Shown in pieces: positions 8,710 to 13,458 of a DNA stretch of 13,458 bases. Numbering within the stretch: the stretch's first letter is position 1; every line of letters starts with the position of its first letter. Below the pieces are notes generated by a model that searched no databases, was not told where the DNA came from, and was given only the letters and a program-made list of their open reading frames with translations. Location: the NCBI GenBank assembly GCA_018985225.1, contig JADGIF010000233.1, positions 1 through 13,458 of the forward strand, written 5' to 3'. The DNA is from Amoeboradix gromovi X-113. Lineage: Eukaryota > Fungi > Sanchytriomycota. The translations under genes and the position numbers were made by a program.

Positions 8710-9597
8710 ATGAACTTTCGGATACTCTCATTAACAGCAGGAATCTTAAGTTTTATTGTTGCTTTTTTCTGGCTATTTTGCGTTATAGGAGGCTCAAATG
8801 CAGATGGGATTCGTGAAGCATCATTTATTGAAATTCAGCGGGATATGATAAGCGGAATGAGTACGGGTATGGGTGGCATGGGTATGGGCATGGGCATGGG
8901 CATGGGTATGGGTATGGGTATGGGTGGCATGGGTATGGGTATGGGTATGGGTATGATGCCTTCATATAGAGTAACTTTTTCCCTAAGTTCATGGTGTGTG
9001 TATCAATACAAACTGCCTACTGGGATGCCGACACCTTTATGGGGAGATCTCGGTGATCTCCCATCCTACGAAATTGAAATGGAGGGTAATTCAGTAATTC
9101 AATGCGTTCATCCTTGGGTTGCTTTAAATGACCGGCGGATCCTCCTCACTCTAGCACAAGTAATTGGCTTGCAAAGTCCAATGTTGTATATGGGGGACTC
9201 ATTTCTTTTGGACAGAGGCTCATCAATGTATTATTTCCTTGAAGTACTTTATTACCTTATGCTTATATTTAGTTCCATTACGGCCATCGTTGCAGTTGTT
9301 GCTGTCACATTACGGCGCCAAATATTACCAGCCATTTCTGTTTCATGCTCTTGCTGCGTCTTACTTCCAGCTATAATTGCCTTTTCTATCTGGACTTTTA
9401 TATATTCTAGATTCTGCAGCTATATCGAGTTTGGAAACATGTGGAGCAATGATGTTTGGATTAGACTGGGCGCGTTATATTGGCTAACTGTGGTTGGCAC
9501 AGTTATTTCGATAGTAGTTGCGATATTTGCACTTCTTAGTTGTCTGCAAATGAGAAGAGAACGCCCTGAACCTAAAGGTCTTACTTCTTCGCCTTGA
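8710..9597 (+). CDS. Four-TM membrane protein, Sur7/PalI (claudin-like) type, with a Gly-Met repeat in the first loop
   Basis: N-terminal TM, a large loop containing TFSLSSWC...C (cf. GLW..C...C), then three further hydrophobic helices with RLG..YWL before the last. Confidence 0.7.
   Translation: MNFRILSLTAGILSFIVAFFWLFCVIGGSNADGIREASFIEIQRDMISGMSTGMGGMGMGMGMGMGMGMGMGGMGMGMGMGMMPSYRVTFSLSSWCVYQYKLPTGMPTPLWGDLGDLPSYEIEMEGNSVIQCVHPWVALNDRRILLTLAQVIGLQSPMLYMGDSFLLDRGSSMYYFLEVLYYLMLIFSSITAIVAVVAVTLRRQILPAISVSCSCCVLLPAIIAFSIWTFIYSRFCSYIEFGNMWSNDVWIRLGALYWLTVVGTVISIVVAIFALLSCLQMRRERPEPKGLTSSP
8866..8958 (+). repeat. Coding hexamer tandem repeat (GGYATG)n = (Gly-Met)n
   Basis: ggtatg/ggcatg units with two extra-Gly interruptions. 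The frame is preserved. Confidence 0.95.
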
Positions 9598-9616
9598 ATT
9601 TATAAAATAAATACTT

Positions 9617-10312
9617 TTATGTAACATTTTTTATTGATGCTTTCCATCGATCTATCAGTATTTTGCACTTGTGAGGTATATCCATTTCTATAAGCTCTCT
9701 ACCGACTTCATTTTTTGGTGGCTTAAATGCTATATAAGCTAAAACATGTCCAATTCTACTTTCTTCAACTACTTTAAAATTTATATCAGTCAACGAGCTA
9801 AGCCAACATACAGCCTTGTCGATCTTTGCTATATTCACTTTTAAATTATGGTTTCCATATATACGATTACCCAAATATCGCTTAATTTTTACAATCTTAT
9901 CCATTTCCGAATGATAAGTCTTTTTGCGTTTGCTCTTTCGAAATGAGCTGGATTTTCGTGGAGATTCAACAGATTTTACATCTTCAACTACTGCCGGTGC
10001 CTTATATAGATCCGGGGAAATAGAGTTAATCAGATCCAAAGGGCTAACTTCTTGAGCATGAATAATGGCTTTTTGTAGATCTTTACGTCTAGTCTTAGCA
10101 AACTCACTGTAATTTTCATCAAAATCTTTCATTAAATCTACACGAACCATACCGAAATCCATGCTTCCATAAAATAAAACCCCCATTTGCTTCTCTGATG
10201 GTTTTCCAATCGATGATGGATATTTTTCTTGTGGTATAATAGCACCTGGCCAATAAGGAAACCCCGGAACCTTTGCAAACACCTTGGAATATGGCATCCA
10301 AGCAGTTGCCAT
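9617..10312 (-). CDS. PWWP-domain chromatin protein with a C-terminal TFIIS-N/LW-like helical domain, ~231 aa
   Basis: VFAKVPGFPYWPG...VLFYGSMDF (PWWP), basic linker RKSKRKK, then ESRIGHVL...CKILIDRWK. The first ATG is at 10312. Confidence 0.85.
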   Translation of the reverse strand: MATAWMPYSKVFAKVPGFPYWPGAIIPQEKYPSSIGKPSEKQMGVLFYGSMDFGMVRVDLMKDFDENYSEFAKTRRKDLQKAIIHAQEVSPLDLINSISPDLYKAPAVVEDVKSVESPRKSSSFRKSKRKKTYHSEMDKIVKIKRYLGNRIYGNHNLKVNIAKIDKAVCWLSSLTDINFKVVEESRIGHVLAYIAFKPPKNEVGRELIEMDIPHKCKILIDRWKASIKNVT

Positions 10313-10389
10313 AGAAATATGTTTCAAGGAAGATAATAATTTTATCAGGGTTAAAGCAAATTTTAAATGTTATAATCCTTAGAAGCTAG

Positions 10390-10905
10390 TTAACATGTGG
10401 CTGCTGGAATTTTGAGTATATCAGATCTCAGCAGTATGGAGTTCTAATCCGTATGACAGTATCGCTGTTTTCTAATACAGCTTAAAATGAAGAAAAACCG
10501 CGGAATTTTAATGCAGAGTTGAAGCAATACTGATAAAACCCATAATGCTTCTTGAAAAATCTTTTCAAGCAAACTGATTTTACGTCCTTCGGATTTCAGA
10601 TGAATTGCATAAATCAATAGCGCCAATCAGCAGTGGTAGTCCCTGATCTAGTGTAACAATCCACTGCCATAAACAGCTCGATTGTTTTCTTGAATATATC
10701 ATTTGTTGCGAATCTGTATCCATTTTTGTATAATTTCAAGACTTTTCCAGATTTTTCTAATAGCTCAAATACTCGATATTCTTCCTTTTCGCAAATGGTA
10801 AATGGAATAAATAGATGTTATCCTGAATATGTCAATTCTAAAGAAATAACTAGTAGGTACAGCATACATTCGTCTCAGACTGATAAGCTGGTCCAAACAC
10901 GGAAA
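10390..10905 (-). pseudogene. Partner ORF relic of copy B; tentatively tyrosine-recombinase-like
   Basis: One frame with scattered stops: DECMLYLLVISLELTYSG*HLFIPFTICEKEEYRVFELLEKSGKVLKLYKNGYRFATNDIFKKTIELFMAVDCYTRSG...LKRFFKKHYGFYQYCFNSALKFRGFSSF*. After a frameshift it reads AILSYGLELHTAEI*Y. Confidence 0.55.
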
Positions 10906-10906
10906 T

Positions 10907-11040
10907 TCGATGCCATGTACGAGGTATGGTACTTTAAAGAAAACCAACTTAGAAACCTGAACCTGTAAAAAGTGTCATTTGAAGATAGATAGAGATCATA
11001 TGGCAGCAAGGAACATATACATCAAGTATATGCATCCTTA
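10907..11040 (+). pseudogene. TnpB/Fanzor C-terminal zinc ribbon + RuvC-III
   Basis: SMPCTRYGTLKKTNLET*TCKKCHLKIDRDHMAARNIYIKY matches the S..CxxCG...CxxC...DRD.NAARNI signature. The second Cys is TAT rather than TGT, and there is an in-frame TGA at 10958. Confidence 0.9.
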
Positions 11041-11158
11041 TTCAATCCCGCCTCAGGGTAGTGAAAGCGTGAGCAACCACTGTAACGGAGATCTAGCATT
11101 GCTAGTTTCTCTGTGGAAATTCTCGAATTTCTCGGAAATCATGTCTTTTAATGAGGAG
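11030..11158 (+). ncRNA. omegaRNA-like scaffold of copy B (guide predicted from ~11159)
   Basis: Hairpins CCC-GCCTCA-GGG, ACGGAGA-TCTAGC-ATT-GCTAG-TT-TCTCTGT and GAAATT-CTCG-AATTTC. Loop CCTCA (11051-55) is complementary to terminal TGAGG (11152-56). Confidence 0.75.
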
Positions 11159-11183
11159 TATACATCAAACAAGGGTTATTCCT

Positions 11184-11414
11184 ATGTCTGATCATTTCAT
11201 AGCCTATAGTCTCTTAATAAACTATCCGTTATCGAATCATCAGCATATAAGCATGATTCAACTCACAAAAGAGTTTAACAAAACCACAAACAAGCAATAC
11301 ACGGTGCTGCAAATGTATGATATATTAAAAGATGGATACGATTTTGAAAAATTTCCACGTCAAGTATGTGAATCAAGCGAATTTGAGCTTGGGATACCAG
11401 CACTAAAAGAGTAA
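11184..11414 (+). CDS. Eaf7/MRGBP (CT20)-like small protein, 76 aa
   Basis: LL.NYPL..HQH.SMI...T..QMY..LK..YDF...F.L follows the Eaf7 pattern P.G..KHF.M...IW..L...YDL...F.L. ATG 11151 lies inside the transposon end, so 11184 is preferred. Confidence 0.6.
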   Translation: MSDHFIAYSLLINYPLSNHQHISMIQLTKEFNKTTNKQYTVLQMYDILKDGYDFEKFPRQVCESSEFELGIPALKE

Positions 11415-11483
11415 ATAATTGATTCACAGAGGTTCTTGTTTTCAAAAAATGTGTTGCTCCTTGTTAGAGTTTGCAATTTAAAA

Positions 11484-12953
11484 ATGACAGATTCAAATAG
11501 TAGCAAGTCCAGCACATTTAGTGAAAGTGGCCGATTTGATTCTCAATTTCAGTTCAATGCCGGAAACTCCCCAATATCAGCCATAATTACAAATAAATCA
11601 TCATCTCAACTAATTGTTGGACACGGTGGCAAAATCAATTTTTACGAATTCCATGGAATGAATCGTGAATGCAGGCCGTATTTGAATGTAGAATGGAATG
11701 ACCAGATAATTAGTGATATGTCTTATTCAGTTAATAATAAGGAGTTTATAGCCTCAAGCAACGCACCATATATAAGATTATACGCTAGCAATGGTGATCT
11801 ATTAGAAGCTTTTGTTCAAGGGGACCCATACCTGCGTGATTTAAAACAGACTAGAGGACATGTCAATGCTATAACTAGTTGTGCCTTTTACCCGGTAGAT
11901 TCAAAAAAGTTTATATCCAGCTCAATAGATGGTACAATACGTATCTGGAGCGTAGAACAACAGCGAAAATCACTGGAATGCATTAGGTTTAGCGCTGGGC
12001 TGTCTAGTCATGCCCATGGGCGAGTTGCTGTGCACTCTGCATGTTTTTTGAATAATTTTATTGTAGCAGGTGGTAGTGACAAGCACATAAAAATTTGGGA
12101 TTTTGAGAGCCATTCTGTGGTCTCAAATAAATATGTTTGTACTGATTCTGTTTCCTATGTTATCCCAAATCCAGATACCCAGCACTTAATTGTTCAGACC
12201 AAAGATGACGTCATTACCGTACTCGATAAAAGGCAACTGAAGGAGCCTGTTCTAAAGATTAAAGATTGCCTTTCCAGAGCCAAAGCATGTTGGAGCCCAG
12301 ATGGGCAGGAAATTGTTGCTTATCAGAACAACTCAATGAAAACTTTTGACCTCTTTACTGGATCTGTTGTCGAGTCGTATGATGTAGACGGCAAACCGTC
12401 TATTTGCTATTGGGATTCTAAATTAGATCAATTAATAATCGGCAAGGGTAGTGGTGATTTAGAATTCCAATACTATTCAGCTTCTGAAAAAAAAGGAATC
12501 TTGTTTCCTGTAATGGCACCTGCAAAAAAGTCCACAATAGAAACTGACAACATTGCTGATACACCTGGTGCCATATATCTACCAAATGCTTTGCCCCTGT
12601 TTCAAACAGATCCGACCGCGTTACTAAGATCCCAGAGAACTACCAAAAGGGAATTAGCAAGAATAAGACGAACGGATGCTACAGCAGCTGTTGAGAAACC
12701 AGTGGATGGAGCAGGTAAAAAGGGAAAGTTAGGAACAAGCAATAGAGAAGCAATAATGGCAAGAGTCTTAAAAGATATACCACCCTTGGTTTATTATGAA
12801 GACCCTAGGGATGCTGTTGAAAAGTACAAGAAGGAAGAAGGAGCCTTTGTTCAACCAGCTTATAATAAATCTCAACCAAATCTTGTTCTTCATGACAGAA
12901 CCATAGAAGAAGAGGAAGAGAAAATGCCCAGAAAGAAAAAGAAAAGAAAATAA
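11484..12953 (+). CDS. WDR70: WD40-repeat protein WDR70/Gad1 homolog, 489 aa
   Basis: GDPYLRDLKQTRGHV signature, DGTIRIW and DKHIKIWD repeats, PNALPLF and EDPRDAV C-terminal motifs, and a basic tail. Confidence 0.85.
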   Translation: MTDSNSSKSSTFSESGRFDSQFQFNAGNSPISAIITNKSSSQLIVGHGGKINFYEFHGMNRECRPYLNVEWNDQIISDMSYSVNNKEFIASSNAPYIRLYASNGDLLEAFVQGDPYLRDLKQTRGHVNAITSCAFYPVDSKKFISSSIDGTIRIWSVEQQRKSLECIRFSAGLSSHAHGRVAVHSACFLNNFIVAGGSDKHIKIWDFESHSVVSNKYVCTDSVSYVIPNPDTQHLIVQTKDDVITVLDKRQLKEPVLKIKDCLSRAKACWSPDGQEIVAYQNNSMKTFDLFTGSVVESYDVDGKPSICYWDSKLDQLIIGKGSGDLEFQYYSASEKKGILFPVMAPAKKSTIETDNIADTPGAIYLPNALPLFQTDPTALLRSQRTTKRELARIRRTDATAAVEKPVDGAGKKGKLGTSNREAIMARVLKDIPPLVYYEDPRDAVEKYKKEEGAFVQPAYNKSQPNLVLHDRTIEEEEEKMPRKKKKRK

Positions 12954-13027
12954 ATGCAAGTTTTTTGTACTGTAATCTCACCTTTTTTATTTTGACATAA
13001 AATTAAAAGCGTCAATATGCATCACAC

Positions 13028-13294
13028 ATGGAGAACCAGTTTCCAATAGATCCAGAGAATCGTGAATTTGAAAAGATAAACCCAATAAATAAGCTAGATG
13101 GATACGGAAACCTTAAAAAGAGGGAAGCCAGAATTAGAGAGTCTTGGATAAGAATTATGGAAAAGAAGATACTAGAGGATCACTTAGCTGATTGCGTGTT
13201 TAAGAATCAAGTTAATGCTCCTGTAGCCTGTAGATCATTGGCAATTGCATTGTCCTCAAAGATGGCCGGTGCATTTGTCACCAAATCACAGTAG
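13028..13294 (+). CDS. NDUFB10: Mitochondrial complex I subunit NDUFB10 (fungal 12-kDa type)
   Basis: REARIRESWIRIM...L..C....VN....C matches the family pattern. Confidence 0.75.
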   Translation: MENQFPIDPENREFEKINPINKLDGYGNLKKREARIRESWIRIMEKKILEDHLADCVFKNQVNAPVACRSLAIALSSKMAGAFVTKSQ

Positions 13295-13345
13295 GTAAAA
13301 AGCTTTCATTTAATAAATCATGATAACATGAATTTCTCGTTTAAT

Positions 13346-13410
13346 AGTGTGGTACACACTCTGTAAAAAGTAGACTGGGGGTAAAAAGCGAGTGACGAGA
13401 TTTACCCAGT
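13346..13410. repeat. Two adjacent stem-loops
   Basis: AGTGTG-GTA-CACACT (13346-60), and ACTGGG(GG)TAAA...TTTACCCAGT (13374-13410). Confidence 0.5.
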
Positions 13411-13458
13411 TGAACTTTTCACAGCAGTGTCCCATATTTCTTCACCTAGGCAATAGGC

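Larger units (their letters stand above)
10390..11158 (+). mobile_element. Internally deleted TnpB/Fanzor element (copy B): opposite-strand partner ORF relic + Fanzor C-terminus + omegaRNA end
   Basis: Same two-part layout as copy A in inverted orientation, with a different deletion junction (~10905). The left limit is uncertain. Confidence 0.8.

Noticed and set aside
8866-8958. CRISPR array or telomere-like interpretation of the tandem repeat
   Set aside because: Hexamer units without spacers, lying in frame inside a CDS.
10690-10968. Track ORF of 92 aa (+) and its homolog in 5871-6074 (-)
   Set aside because: Antisense shadow sharing third codon positions with the partner ORF. Substitutions between copies are radical in this frame and conservative on the other strand.
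10979-11191. 70-aa ORF as a functional protein
   Set aside because: It is the Fanzor tail after an in-frame TGA, starts at TTG, and reads through the RNA scaffold. RuvC-I and RuvC-II are missing.
11411-11429. Candidate 19-nt intron GTAAATAATTGATTCACAG at the end of the EAF7-like ORF
   Set aside because: It lacks the A at -6. Splicing would end the ORF 2 nt before the WDR70 ATG, does not fuse in frame, and adds no recognisable motif. Cannot be excluded without RNA data.

Overview
Gene-dense, AT-rich eukaryotic DNA. The gene set is fungal-type and includes the centriole gene SAS-6, so it is most likely a compact-genome zoosporic fungus (inference; the species cannot be identified from sequence alone). 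There are about 11 host genes: EAF3, an unknown helical ORF, a possible CEP70-like ORF, SAS-6, DPH4, DNM1, a Sur7/PalI-like tetraspan with a (Gly-Met)n tract, a PWWP protein, an EAF7-like ORF, WDR70 and NDUFB10. Three of them are split by 19-20 nt GT-AG introns that the ORF track misses. The longest intergenic stretches (1-228, 4441-5955, ~10390-11158) are built from decayed copies of a TnpB/Fanzor (Fanzor2-like) RNA-guided nuclease element. Three copies keep the RuvC-III tail (RDxMxAxNI) followed by a conserved, structured ~125-nt omegaRNA-like right end finishing at GAGGAG/GAGGAA. Two copies also carry the same second ORF, back-to-back on the opposite strand, with weak tyrosine-recombinase-like motifs. 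No intact Fanzor ORF is present. All assignments are by eye; no searches were run.
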